From: Camelus dromedarius
Lineage: Eukaryota
Assembly (NCBI RefSeq): GCF_036321535.1
Contig: NC_087436.1
Coordinates: forward strand, 35,156,001-35,220,000
Length of the DNA stretch: 64,000 nucleotides
Direction: 5' to 3'
Part shown: positions 13,163 through 26,649 of the stretch, one piece after another
How positions within the stretch are numbered: the first letter of the stretch is position 1
Layout of the letters: every line of letters begins with the position of its first letter
The notes under the pieces: model-generated
Told to the model about the DNA's origin: nothing
Database searches by the model: none
What the model saw: only the letters and a program-made list of their open reading frames with translations
Position numbers and translations under genes: made by a program

Positions 13163-14785
13163 GACTTTTGATAATTTGACTATAAGGTGTTTCAGTAAGG
13201 ATCTCTTTGAATTTATCCTGCCTGGAGTTCTTAGAGCTCTAGTATGTGTAAATTTATGTATTTCATCACATAAGAGATGTTTTTGACCAATATTTTTTTC
13301 AAACATTCTTTCTTCTCCTTTCTCTCCTTTACCCCCAGGACTCCAATTATACACAGGTTGGTCCATCTGATGCCATCCCATAAATCTCAGACTTCATTAT
13401 TTTTTCTTCATTGTCATTCTTTTCTCTTTTGGCTCCTCAGACTGGATAATCCAAATTGACCTATCCTCATTTCATTAATTCTTTCTTTCTGCTGAAATCA
13501 ACTGTTGCAATCCTCTAGTGAATTTTTCATTTCAGTTATAGCATATTTAGGCTCCAGATGCCTATTTGGCTCTTTTTTCAAAAAAAAAATAATAATTTCT
13601 ACCTTTTTACTAATATTTTCTACTTGATGAAGTATTATTCTCCTGGCTTCCTTTCATTCTTTGTCCATATTTTCATTTAGTGCTTTAAGCATATTTAAAA
13701 TACTTCATCTAAAGATCTGTCTAGTAAGTTCAATACCCAGGGTACTTGTAAAGTTTCTATGAATGTCTTTTTTTTTTTTTCTGTGAATAGGCCGTATTTT
13801 CTTCTTTCTTTGCATGTCTTGTAATTATTTTGTTAAAAACTGGAAATTTTGAGTTTTATAATGTGACTGCTCTGGATATCAGATTATTCTCATTCCCCAG
13901 GGTTGTAGCTGCTTGTTGTGGGTCATTTTTTTTGTTTTAGTGACTTTTCTAAATTATTTCTGTAAAGCCTATATTCTTCGTCATGTGTGACCACTGAAAT
14001 CCTCAGTTTACACTTGGGCTCTGTTTTGGGATACACTTTTAACTCTTAGCCAGACTGTTAAGAACTCTACCTTAGCCTTCACTTGTGCTTGTGTGGAGCC
14101 TGAAGGTGAGCCAGAGGTAAAGGATTAAGGTTCTCTTAGACTTCTTCTGAGAATATGTCCAGTCCTGGGCATGTACACTGCCTCCTTTATTATCTGACAC
14201 AAGCAGGAGCCTTTCAAAGCTCTTATTCCCCCACATACATCCTTTCTCAACCTCATGCCTCCTAGACGTTTTGGTCTCTCCATTGCTTGTCTTGACTACA
14301 AACCCAAGGGTGCCATGGCTAATGCTTTTTCTTTTATATGTTTTCTGCAAAGACCACCAAAGAAGCCACCCTAGACCTGGAAAAAACTCCAAATCAGGCA
14401 AAACAATGGCAAGCCCTTGCACTAGTCCTTCAAGGATCTGCCAAACAGGTTGAAATCCATAGCCACAAGTCTTTGAGAATAAGGTCTACATTGCTCCCTC
14501 TGGCACCAGAAACCCACACCAGGATTTCTGGCTGCCATTATCATAGCTACTGCTAATCTGGGAGTGGGGACAATGAGCAGCAACTTAAAATGCCAGAGCA
14601 CTCTCTTATTGTAATGCAGCAATGCCTTTCATCATTAAGCTTTCCCCTGGTTATGGCAAGTTTTTGAGAGGACTGCAGAGTTCTAAACAAGTTAATTCTA
14701 ATTATTTTTACCAGCTTATCAGTTGCTTATATGGAGGTATAAAGCTCTGTAACTGCCTAATCTGCCTAATCAGTGATGCCACCAC
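13163..14785 (-). mobile_element. L1 5' UTR plus part of ORF1, lacking its 3' portion, nested in another L1
   Basis: The minus-strand ORF 13124-13381 contains the ORF1p-like RTPGRINSKRSLLKHLIVKLSKVK. The upstream part resembles an old L1M 5' UTR. Confidence 0.75.
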
Positions 14786-14789
14786 TTTA

Positions 14790-15383
14790 GTGCCACCACT
14801 TTTGAGAAGTTTGATCTTACTTTGAAAAAGCTTAACATGTTATTATATGACCCAGCAATTCCAATTCTAGTTATATACCTAAGAAAATTGAAAGCATAGT
14901 GCTACACAAAAACTTGTACACAAATGTTCATAGCAGCATCATTCAAAATAGCACCCTCTTCAATGTCCATCAACTAATGAAATGAATAAACAAATGTGGT
15001 ATATCGATATAGGGAATAGTATTCAATCACAAAAAGGAATAAAGTACTGATATATGCTAAACCACAAGTGAACTTTGAAAACATTGTGCTAAATGAAAGA
15101 AGTGAGACACAAAAGGACATACATTGTATGATTCCATTTGTATGAAATATCCACAATAGGCAAATTCATAGAGACACAAAGTAGATTAGTGGCTGCCAGA
15201 GGCTGGTGGGGAGGAGGTATGGAGAGTGACTGATAATGAGTATGGAGTTTCTTTTATGGGTGATGAAAATGTTCTGAAAGTAAATAATAGCAATGGTTGC
15301 AAAAGTTTGTAAATATACCAAAAACCTCTGAATTATATACTTTAAAATAGTGAATTTTATGGTATGTGATTATATCTCAATTA
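14790..15383 (+). mobile_element. L1 (L1MB-like) ORF2 end and 3' UTR, right half
   Basis: tatgacccagcaattcc, aatgttcatagcagc, gtagattagtggctgccagaggctgg and a terminal atggtatgtgattatatctcaatta. Confidence 0.9.
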
Positions 15384-16452
15384 ACCTTTTTCTTATAAAG
15401 CAGGAATGTCTTATATAAATTATTTCTTCTCCTAGATGTATTAGAGTGCTCTTTGATAGCATAAGTAAGTGGAATTTATATGTTCCAAGGTACCTCCTGA
15501 TTGGTAGTACTTACTTGTAAGGAATATATTCCCAAGATATATTTTCATAGTGGAGCTACTTTTTTTCAGGAACCCACAACATTTCTTATGCACAAGTTGA
15601 TAATATCCTAAAATATGTGCCCCAGTTCAAATATATGGAATTAGATAAAGTATAAATACTAAAACAAATGACTCAACTAAACTAATCAAAATGTTTATAT
15701 AAACCAAGCTAAAGAAGCTGCTGCTATGATAACATTGGTGTTTTTATACTTTTGAAATCTTTTACTTGATAATGGACTTGCCATAATATATTTTGACACA
15801 GGATTTTTTATACTACATATTAGCATGTCATCTTTACTTTTAACATTAAAAACACTAAAATTTTTCCCTATCACATAAAAATTAAACTATTTACTATATG
15901 GCTCATTAAATCACCAGAAAACAGACTGAAATACTAGAAGTGTTCAGTCCCAGTATTTTAAACATACTAATTCCACTTTGTGCCAAAGAAAATTCATACT
16001 TTACACAGAATCTCTAACAAAGATTTCAACACCTTTCTAACCTCTCTTTCATAAGGAGAAAATAAAATAAAAATGAAGATATTATTTGCCATACTTGAAT
16101 GTGAACACTTGGATTTTTTTCTGAGTCTAGAAAGGAAACAAAGAATAAATTATACAAAATACAATATTTAGAGTAAAATCATTGATTCTAGAATTAACAG
16201 CAACTGGATCATTTGCCCTATAAAACAACTGTGCGTATTTGTTAGTGACAGAGATTCAGGGAGAACAATATTTACTATAGAGAAAAATTATGACACTTAT
16301 ATAGTAAGAAATATACAAGATATAAGAAAAATCTCTAGCATTATGATTTTTTATTAAACACCCTGAAGATTAGTATATTTTGAAAGCCCTATCTCATTGC
16401 TAAATTAGTTATTTCTAATCTTTATATTCCTATCAAATATATACATATGCAC

Positions 16453-16620
16453 TGTTATGAACTAAATGTTTGTGTCCCACCAAATTCTTATGTCGAACTC
16501 TAACCCCCAGTGTGATGGTATTTAGCCATGGGGTCTTTGAGAAGCAGTTAGAGTTAGATGAAGTTGTGAGGCTGGAGCCAGCATGACAGGATTAGTGCCC
16601 TTATAAGAAAAGACATGAGT
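16453..16620 (+). mobile_element. MaLR LTR 5' fragment (MLT1A-like)
   Basis: tgttatgaactaaatgtttgtgtcccaccaaattcttatgtcgaactctaacccccagtgtgatggtattt...ggattagtgcccttataagaaaagac. Confidence 0.8.
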
Positions 16621-19600
16621 TTGCGCCAAGAAAAGGCCAATATACTACACGAACTTGGGAAAGCTACTTACTAAACCTACAAAATTTCTTATATCTAGAT
16701 TCACTAATATTTCTTTATACCCAATGATGCATTTGTTCCATCCATAGTTACTCTAGAAGAGCCTTGAGTCCCTCTTAAAGATTTTTAAGAGACTCTTTAA
16801 GAGTAATTAATACCACATTATATATCTCACAATGTTTAAAATTATTTTGTGATTACTCAGTCATCTGAAATGGGCTAATTCAGGGTTAATTTCCAAATAC
16901 TCAGTGGTAAAAAGAACAGGTTTCTTTTAGAGCAAACATTCTGAATTTTTGATAATGCAGTCTGTCAGTCCTGCCAAATTTTGCTCTAACGCATTCCATG
17001 TAGACTTAAATTCTAGCAGGCTTGAGCAGGTGCTATTTGTGAAATCTAGTGGGATTAATTCTTTGTAGTTTAACAAGCCAAGCCCTATTATGCACTAAAT
17101 CATCTCAATGTCAGCCTCCTCAAGAATTATTTAGCTTAAACAAACCATAATCTGTTGCTAAGAGAGATAAAATAATAATAGTAATTATAGCAGGCAAGTG
17201 TTGTAACCTTCTGACCAAGACCTTGTTGACATTTCAGCCTTTTCTGTGAATTGAACTTGTCAAGTTTATATAGACGGTATTTGCACTGATTTCATTTCAC
17301 ATGTGTTATTGCAAAGCTTATGTTATATTTTTCAAACAAAGTATAAAAAAGGCTGTCCAATAACATGGAAAATCCTGGAAGGACGACACGTGCATGATAG
17401 GTCAAAACAACAGTCTGACTGTCTCATCTTAGTGCTATAAAACTCAGGACTTAAAAGGAAGACATTTTATTGCAGGATTTTAAACTATTTAGTTTTATTC
17501 TAGTTTTGACTGATATTAATGACTCAACATGTTTAATTGAGAAATAAGCCACACAGTATATCCTACAGTTTTCCTGAGCCAACAGTATGCTCAGAATGCT
17601 TCTCTTACGTAAAAATAAAGGAAGTGCAGATACTGATTGTGATTAAATTGAAGACTGACAGAACTGCAGTTTTCAAAAACGTATGATTGATCATCATTTA
17701 CCTTTGGTGTATTACATACAGGATATGCTTCAAGTGTTGTTTAAACTAGGAGAAATTTCACAGTGCACAACAGTGTTATATTTAACACAAATCCTCTAGG
17801 GCAGAGGCTAAGCAACTGGATCAGTATCAAGAACAGAATGTTTTTAGCTTTGATGAATGTTCTAGTCAAGTGTAGGGTTCCAAATGGAACCCGAGATCAC
17901 TGTGATAGAACTGGCCAGCAAAAAATAAAGTTTCTACCAGAATCAGGAATTGATTAAGTGAATGAACGAGAAACAGCTTTAAATATTAAGGAATTTCATT
18001 TAAAAATCCTTCTTAGCAATAGGCACAATGCAACTGATAGCGTTTCCATACATTAATTACCCTTCTATGTTTTCATGACAAATAACTAAATGGTCTTATG
18101 ATTTTGAAAATGCTGTTGGTTATATACTCTTGGCACAATCAGAGGCTGTACTATTTTCCTGCTAAATGCTATACAAATTGTTTACAACCACAATACCAAG
18201 CATGCTTTCCACTTATTTAAGTAACTGTTCTTCACTATGTCTCATCTTTTCTGTTGATTTACAGTTGTCAGAGTTGAACTACAAAGGAGCTAGGAAGCCA
18301 TGATAAATGAGAATACACATGCAGTAAATAGCAGACTGAAGTGATGCATCTGTTTTAGAGAGCTATCCTGCCACTTGGCTAGTTTCATTTCCTGAGTAAA
18401 CAACCATAATTTTCTTATTATAAACCTTACTGAACTCAGGTTCAGGCAGCTGTGAATTTCTATAGTGGCTCCACTGAGGAACTGTTGATTAACCACTTAA
18501 TATACCTCCTGTCTAAAACCTCTGTGGCAGTAGAGAAAATTTCAGTAATGCACTTATTAACCTAATGTTCAAGTTTTCAAACTCAAATCTGAAGGTAGTT
18601 ACAAGAGTCTGGTGTTCTAAAATTGTGAAAGTTTGTTCATTGATTGATTTAGAATTATGCAGGTCATCTTTTAAAATACGAGAATTTTTTTGAATAATAA
18701 ATTTAAGGTCTTTCAAATATATATATAATATTCTTAAATACTCCCATTTGTTAGGTGGAATTGAAAGGTAAGTGAAAACAGGACAGGATTTTAAAATGGA
18801 ACATATGTCCTTGTATACCTCCTATTTATGAATACTGCCCCAAAAAGGGGAGTGAGTCCAAATCAAAGTAATATTTCTTTTTTTAACTAGTAATTTTTTT
18901 TCAAGTATAAAAATCTGTATGAAGATAGTCATGCATGCACTATATTTCAGCTATTTGCTTCTACCTTATTTAGAAAACCAAATTTGAACAAAATGATTAA
19001 GTGCTTATTAAATATTTTTGTAATTATGACAAATTTTATGTACCATGTAGATAGTACAAGCCTGGGACATCTTCATTATGAACACCAGACTACTTCAAGA
19101 AAAAACTATGCCTTCAATCAATGCATTACATGTGTCAGTACCTCAACTTTCTTCCTCTTCAGACTAATTCCCGTCAATTGTCAAACTTCCTCAAAGATAT
19201 TCATGGAGAATCCAGTGATGCTGGTATTCCATTTTTCTACATGTTGTATTTTTGTTACTCTCACAGAGTGTCACTAATGAATGATTCTTTCTCCACAATC
19301 TGAAGTAGAAGCAAAGTCGGCTGATAATGGAACATTATGACCCCAAAATATACTTACTCATTTTAGAGGACTTAAGCAGGTAGGCAGCCTTATATTGCTT
19401 GGACTGCTCGAAAAGTCAACTTTAACTTCAAAAGCAGTGTGGGATACTGCATCAAAGTAACATGCTGCATACAAAGACCACTAATGTTTAACCAGCAATC
19501 AAATCTCTATTTCAGAAGCTTCTAAATGTATTCAGTACCGTCATTTTATTTAAAAAAAACTTCTAATTTTTTTATTTACTTAATTTTTTACTTCCTTTAT

Positions 19601-20449
19601 TATTCTAGGAAATTGATATATCATATTACATAATTGCTTTTATTGAAAGTTCAAAGAGAATGATTTTACTCAATTTGAAATTCTTTTTCTAAAAGAAGTA
19701 TACCAAAGTAACCTCCAGAAACAAAATAAGCCATAAGTTGAAATGCTACACTAAAGTTTATCATGCAAAATTGTCTCTTCTAGGCTTTGTATACAAAATT
19801 TAGTTATTCTAAAAAAAAATGTACAATTACATACTTATTACATCTATATTGATAGAAGTGAAAGTAAGTATATATGCTTACTTTAGAAACAACTGTATAT
19901 CAGAGCTGAATTTTAATAACTTATTTACTTCCTATTTTGAATTATCTTAAAATAAGTATCTCAAAATTCCATTTACATTGCATATAACAGTTCCTTATTG
20001 ATTCTATTCCAAGACTAAGTAATTAATGAACACATTTTACATTTGAGGTTTTAAAAAAATACACAGATAGATTAGAGGTTCAGAAATATTTGGTTTTTTA
20101 AATAAAATTAATTCAATTGTTTAAAACTCAATTTTTTAAAAACATTTAAAAAATATTTCCTCCCCCAGGGTCCCAACACTTCAGTTATCTATACATATAG
20201 AACAGCAGGGTTTTTTACATCAGTAGTATAAAATGGGAAAGAGTATGTTACATTCTAAAAACCAAACTAAACCAAACAAAAATCAAACAAACAATATGGA
20301 TACTCCTTAATATTTATCATGAGTTCAAAATACAGGAATAAAGCTGCCCAAAATCTGGACTAGGAATCCCTCTCTGGATCATTGTGACTCCTAGGTGGGT
20401 CTTCTTCCAGTCTTACTGAGGAATAATCTTATTCTTATGGAAAAGATTA

Positions 20450-20875
20450 ACTGTTTTTGCCAGAGCAATACATGACCATCAGAATCAAGTTTTTAAATAT
20501 TCCATCAAATAAGTGAAAACTCACTTCTGTAACCATGCCTCTAAAAGACAGCCAATCAGTGACAACAAGTTGTTTCTGAAGCCAGCCAATTAGCAGCAGC
20601 CTCACTTAAGTGAATATATTTATACAAGTCAACTAATCAGTGATATTTCACTTAAATAACCAGTTTTTAGCTAAAAAAAAAAAAATCAACCAATTCCTAA
20701 ATACTCCTGCTTCTTAAAGTCCATCAATCCTTGAATACAAAGTTTCCCAAGCCCCTATGTAAGATCAGCTCTCTGGTTTCTCAGAAAGATGGTGCCTTAA
20801 GAGTAAAACTCTGATTTAGCAAGGAACACACTCAGATTATGTGTTGGATATTGAGTGATTGTCTTTTTTACACTT
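20450..20875 (+). mobile_element. Degenerate ERV LTR-like element with repeated CCAAT boxes
   Basis: Repeated gccaatcag / gccaattag / actaatcag / accaattcc motifs typical of U3 regions. The family is uncertain. Confidence 0.35.
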
Positions 20876-20904
20876 ATAATTCCAGTAGGTCAATGTAATA
20901 AGCA

Positions 20905-21135
20905 GTATCATTAGTCCATTTAAAATGGCTACAATGGAGCTTTAATAAACAAATGCATTTATTTTTCTCAGTTAACAAGAAATCCAGAAGCAGGAAGAAC
21001 TAGTTGGTATAAGGATCAATGAAGCAATCAACGGTCCAGGCTCTTTCTATTTTGCTGCTCAACATCATTGCTGACATCTTAGAAAAAAGAAGGGGAGAAT
21101 AGATTTTGGGTAGGTTGCTAGCAGTGACGGCCACA
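20905..21135. mobile_element. Old MaLR (MLT1J/K-like) LTR fragment
   Basis: atttatttttctcagttaacaagaaatccagaagcagg...ccaggctctttctattttgctgctc...gatttttgggtagg-like end motifs ending in gccaca. Confidence 0.5.
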
Positions 21136-21189
21136 ATATTATACTGGCCTTGAGTTTAGTTTCTATAATTATTTTCTCTGGGTTAAAAT

Positions 21190-21365
21190 TTTTGTTCTGC
21201 TACTTATTAGCAGCTTGACATTGGACAAATTATTTTTCCTTTTCCTGAACCTTAGTTTTGTCTATAAAAGGATCTACCACAGAGAACTTAGTAGGAATTA
21301 AATTATATAGTACTTGTATAGCATTTAAGATAGTAACTGAACAATAAATCAGTATTATTATTACT
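21190..21365 (+). mobile_element. MIR SINE
   Basis: ttctgctacttattagcagcttgacattggacaaattattt...ctgaaccttagttttgtctataaa. Confidence 0.65.
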
Positions 21366-21659
21366 ATATAAGTGCACTTATGCTCACTCCTATTGGTTTT
21401 TCATGAAAAACAGAATCACAGGTAATATTGATACTGTTAAGTTTTCTATGCAGAAAAGATAGAATAGCAAACTAAGGTATTTTTTGCTCTGTCAAAATTG
21501 ACAAAAAACCTCTTTAAAAAGCAGGGAAAAAATGCACCAGATTATGTTGATAAAAAGTAACCCTAAGATTGTTTGCATTTTAGCGTCCTTTGTTTTTCAT
21601 CTGCAAGTTTCCATTTTTAAAGAAATCTAAACACGGTGAAAATTATTGACTAAAAAAAA

Positions 21660-21684
21660 GTGCTCACTTCGGCAGCACATATAC
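21660..21684 (+). pseudogene. RNU6: 3'-truncated U6 snRNA retropseudogene (first 25 nt)
   Basis: gtgctcacttcggcagcacatatac matches the U6 5' end (GTGCTCGCTTCGGCAGCACATATAC) at 24/25 positions and lies between A-runs. Confidence 0.85.
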
Positions 21685-22849
21685 GAAAAAATCAAAAAAA
21701 AAAAAATCATCCCACATTTGATGAAAGTTCATGAACCTTGGCAAAACTTTTGTTGAACCTCCCGGAGTTTCAGGTTTACTTGAAACTGAAGCCAGGTGAG
21801 TCTCAGATTTTATTATTAATGTTTCACAAAGTTCTACAAATGAAACATGATTTCTGCAACAAGTAATATTTGATCCTTACCTGTTGCTAACTCTTCTTCA
21901 AAATGTCTCAGTACTTATATCTGACTTTTTTATGCTTATATAATAATTTTAAGGCTGAATTCTTCTTTATATTTTTAAAGTTTATGATTAGCAACAGAGA
22001 TAAATATATTCTTATTCAATAAATATCTTTTTGTGATAAGGTGAGTTACTGGCAATTCCCAGAAATTCACTTTTTCCCTGAGAAGGGTATAACTGTGTAA
22101 TGATTTCTTCCTCTTAAACAATCTTAGACAAAAGTACAATTTTTTTTTTCAATTTTTACACTTAGGATTTCACACTTACTAATCTCAAGTTGATCAGCTC
22201 CAGTTCATAGTAGTTATTTCTTACGAGTGTTCTATACACAGTGACTTGAATTTTCTACATTCTTTATTTCTTGGTAAACACACCACACAGATTATTTACA
22301 TGGCATTTCTTATTTTAATACAGAGGAAAGAGAAATAGTGACAAAAGTACCATTATATATATTCTGGTTTTGTTCAGTAATATTTTGTTATATATGACTC
22401 AAGAACAGACATTTCTTTATTTTTATAATAATTCACTTTTTAACATCAATGAGAATAAATTAGTGGCAAATCCCTGTGAATACATATTTTCATAATTATG
22501 TTAGGTAGGTACCTAAATGTTAATGCATTACAAAATCCTCCTTTTCTAGGTAATATAGTATAGAAAAGAAGTGAGCATGCTTAAGTAATTTATCAGCCAT
22601 TCAATGGGTGCTTCTCCCATTTTAAAATACACAGTGAAAAGGACAGAGGATCATGGGAATACCCTTGAAAGGTCTGTAGTGTAACATACATGTAAGAAAA
22701 TGAATCAGTTAGGATGAAATCATATAACATAAGTTGAATTAAGTACTAAGAAAATATAGTCTAAAAATATAGTCTAAAAGTCTTTCTTGGTTAAGTTCTG
22801 TCTCATTAAAGTGTGTGCCTATATTCATTTATTTATGTTTTTAATGATA

Positions 22850-23790
22850 CTTCCTCCAGCTTCTTATTGAAACAAATAAATAGAAGAATGAACAATCAAA
22901 AGCATGAAACACAGTGAATTTTCACAGGGTGAACATTCCCATGTAACAAGCAGTGAGACAGAGAATATAATCAGAACCTTAGAAAGTCCCCTTGAGCTCT
23001 TTTAATCACTAACCAACCCATTTTTTAAGAGTAACTACTGACCTGAATCCTAACACAATAGATTAGTTTTGTCTGGTTTTGAAATGTACCTGTATGAAAT
23101 CATACAACATAGACACTTCTTGCATCTAATTTCTTTCATTTACTTTTATGCTTTTGAGATTCATTCATGTTTGAAATATAATAGTAATTTTCTTACTTTC
23201 ATGGCCATTGTATAATATTGCATGATTCCTTATCCATTCTATTACTGATGGACATTTGGGTTGTCTTTGATAAATCTTTTTATGAATTTCTATTGTATAT
23301 GTATCTAAATTGCTGTGTCATAAGACATGCATGTATTCATCTTGGAAATACAGCCATGCAAGGGATTGGTAAAAGTGGACTTTACCAATTTACAGCGAAT
23401 GAATTTCCTATTGCTTCATGTTCTCTCTTACCTGGTCTGCAATTTTCATCTTAGCTATTCTCATAGGTGGTTAGTAGCAGCTTTTGAGTTTTTAATTTGA
23501 GTCTTTTTCATATGTTTACTGGCCATTGGAATATCCTCTGCTGTGCAATGACTCTTGCTTTTTGTACTTATTATATCGGCTGCTCCTTAAAAGTGAATTT
23601 TAGGAGAACTTTATGTATTTTGAATATAAATCCTTTCCAGAAATATGAATTACCAGCATCTCCTCTTTCTATGTGGCTTGCTGTTTCACTCTTTGAATGT
23701 TATTTTCTGATGACTGAAATTATTTAATTTTATTGTAGTCCAATTAGGTAATATTTTCCTTATAGCAAAAGTTTTATATGTCTTATTTAT
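22850..23790 (-). mobile_element. Old L1 (L1ME/MD-like) 3' fragment
   Basis: ttatccattctattactgatggacatttgggttgtc, tttttcatatgtttactggccattggaatatcctc and ttttgaatataaatcctt. Confidence 0.75.
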
Positions 23791-26649
23791 TTGTTGGGTT
23801 CAGGCCAAACATTTAATGCCTTGATGTATTAAGCTTGTAGGCAGCTAGATTGTAACTTCGAGGCAGTTAATAAAAAGATAGAAGTGCCCTTGGAAGGAAA
23901 ATACAATCAAGATTGTATTTTAGATAAACCAGTGATATTGAGTTGAATGGATTTAGAGGAGAAAGATTTACTACAGGCAGATCAATAAGAGACTACTGCA
24001 ATCACTTGTGTGAGAGATAATATGACTGGAAGGAAATCACACCCTAGATTCTCCTTGTATTTCACATGTTACCTCGTTCTTCCCCCTACCACACATAGGG
24101 CAAAACATTTTCCTGTTAATTCAATGTCACATAAGATACTAACAGCTAGACCCTAGAGGCATGTGCACTAGGTGGCCACAGAGTTCAGTGCAGATCATGC
24201 CTGCCCGATTCTAGATGTGTCCTTTGACACTCTGACAGAGAACAGTCACCAACCTGCCAGTTCAGCAGCCTTGCCAGTGTGAATTAACCCAGCATCTTAA
24301 GAAACAAAATCAAACTCTGAAATCTTCATACAGGACTCACATTTTTAGGTCTGAGGATATAATCTACCATTGACTGTAAGATACAGTAAGAGACACTGCA
24401 AATCAGGTTTAGGCCAGTTGAGCAATACTCCTGATTTCCTACTCCTAACTTTTACTTCCTTGACTTGAGTATTTTTATTCTTTACTCATATGGTTTAATT
24501 AACAGTCACAAGAACTTTAAAAAAACATCCTGCTTCCTCCTTTAACCCAACTGACAAGCTTCCATTTGCCTTCTCAGAAAACAGCCTCTCCCTCTCACAG
24601 GAAACACTTCCAGCCAATGCTCCCCTTGGTGTCTCAAAACAAAGCCAGCAACACAGCCCAGGCTGCTCTGCTCTCCAGGCTTTTTCAGTAGGTTCAGTCT
24701 TGTTGGAAGGCAGTGCCTGCCATCTGACCTCTGTATTGCACAGCTACACAGGCGAGATGGAGAAAGAGAGGGTGGGCAGAGCTGACAATTGGGTCAGGAG
24801 AAGGAAGAGAAAGAGACAAAAACAGAGTCTGGGATCCAAAGAGCCTAAACACTGTTTGGTTTGGCTTTCAGACACAGCAGCTCATCAACAGGAAATGTCA
24901 GCTTATTAAAGACTTCACACGGCATCATCAGACGACAGCCATCAGACCCCTTGGCAAGGTTCCCAAGATCACACTGAAGGGAGAAAAACAATATAAACCA
25001 ATATGAATGTCTAGATTTCCTTTCTAAGACAGAGAGTTTACTAGGTTGGCAGACTTGGCAAGCTGTTAACAGAACTAATTTGACTGCTTTGGCAAGGGTA
25101 AGATGATGCGGGAGGAGATGGTCCAGCTCTGATGCCAGCTTTGAATTCCAATGATTGTCCTGTATGCTGCTGACCTGATATCTGTCATTGAGGAGACAGG
25201 GGGGCGTGGGTTGGTGAATGCAGAAACATCACCAAAAGTAACCACTGCTGATTGAAGCTGGCCATGTATAGGTGTAAGGGAAAAGCCCTTCCTGTCAGAG
25301 GCAGGCAAGAGTCACCCTGGGCCTATTTTGGGATCGAGTTTCCAAGAAGATGCATTTATCATGCTTGTCACACCTGTGAATGTGCCAGTTGTGTTATCCT
25401 CACAGTTATCACTTTGCTCTTAAAACTGCCGGCTAAAAACCTTTCCTGTTAGAGGATAGATCCTATTTATCTAAAACCTAAAGTCTGTTATTTATTGCAT
25501 TAACAGAACTTCATTTTCTTCTTGCCCAGGGCGGGAAGAAGGAGGGCATTCACCTCTGGTACTAGTTACACGGCACTATGGTGTTTCATCCCCTAGAAAC
25601 AAACTGGAAGCTGAAGGGAAGATGCATTTATAAGCTGCATGAAACTCTCTATTGACTAGTCTGTGTGCTTTTGTTTCCCTTGGTGCACCTGATCGGCAGC
25701 TTCACTAACCAGTTTCCACAGCCTCTGAAGTTGTGTTGCTATTGAAATCCATAGCTAAACATGAAGAAGCAAACAAACCAATACAGGTTGTCTTCACTAA
25801 GGTTGGTAGGATACTCCCCAAACAACTTCCTCACTCACTGCAAAATGCATATGCCACTGAGGCAGCAGACACCTGGATTCACTCACCACTGAGCACCTTG
25901 CCTTTGCCTCCAACATTTCTGCCAGCATCCTTTATTCCTCTTGGCATCTATCCTTTTTAATCACACTTTTCTTGGAATGCCAGGCCAGGCAGATTTAGTC
26001 ATCAAGAAAGCCCACAGGGCTATTCCTGGTAGAAGGAAAGGGCATCTGTGACTAAGCAGGGACATGTGGCCTCAATTTCATCCCAGGTGCTTGCAAATCT
26101 TCCTCACACCTAGTGAACTTCAGTCAACCATGGGGCAATTGTGAATTTCTTGAAGAGGCTCAACTCTGCAGAGCTTTGGTTATTGCTTGAAAAGGTATCC
26201 TAGATTCCAGAATACACTTGAAAATACTTCTCCAAGCAGAAGTCTGCTTCTCCAAGCAGATATATTTCCCTTATTTTACGCAGGCCATCCTGTCTCGGGT
26301 TACTTTCTCAAAAGTGCTATAAAGATGGCCACTCTAACTTTGCTGAAATACTCACTACTCCTTATTTGTTTATATAGAATGGATGGTTAAGTTAAGAATC
26401 TAGGATATATTAAAATGGGGGATTTATTTAATAGTATGAGTCATATTCTTGTTCATTCAGCCAACAGTATTTATGTAATTCACACTACATGCGCAAGTCA
26501 CTATGTATGGTAAGAAGGAAGATAAGTTAAGAAATGCATTAGTAAGTTTCCAGGATTATTTAAGGAAAAAGATTTTTTCTCTTAATAGGCCAAACTACTT
26601 TACTTAAGATTAAAACTGGAATTTTCTCTTGATTTGGCAAGATCCATAC

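Noticed and set aside
19163..19223. Possible plus-strand 61-nt exon (TNSRQLSNFLKDIHGESSDA)
   Set aside because: The acceptor is good but the donor (gtattc) is weak, the peptide is not recognised, and there are no partner exons.
21774..21900. Opposing consensus donors (plus cag|gtgagt at 21796; minus cag|gtaagg at 21880)
   Set aside because: No convincing open exon or acceptor on the minus strand, and isolated donors are expected by chance in 64 kb.
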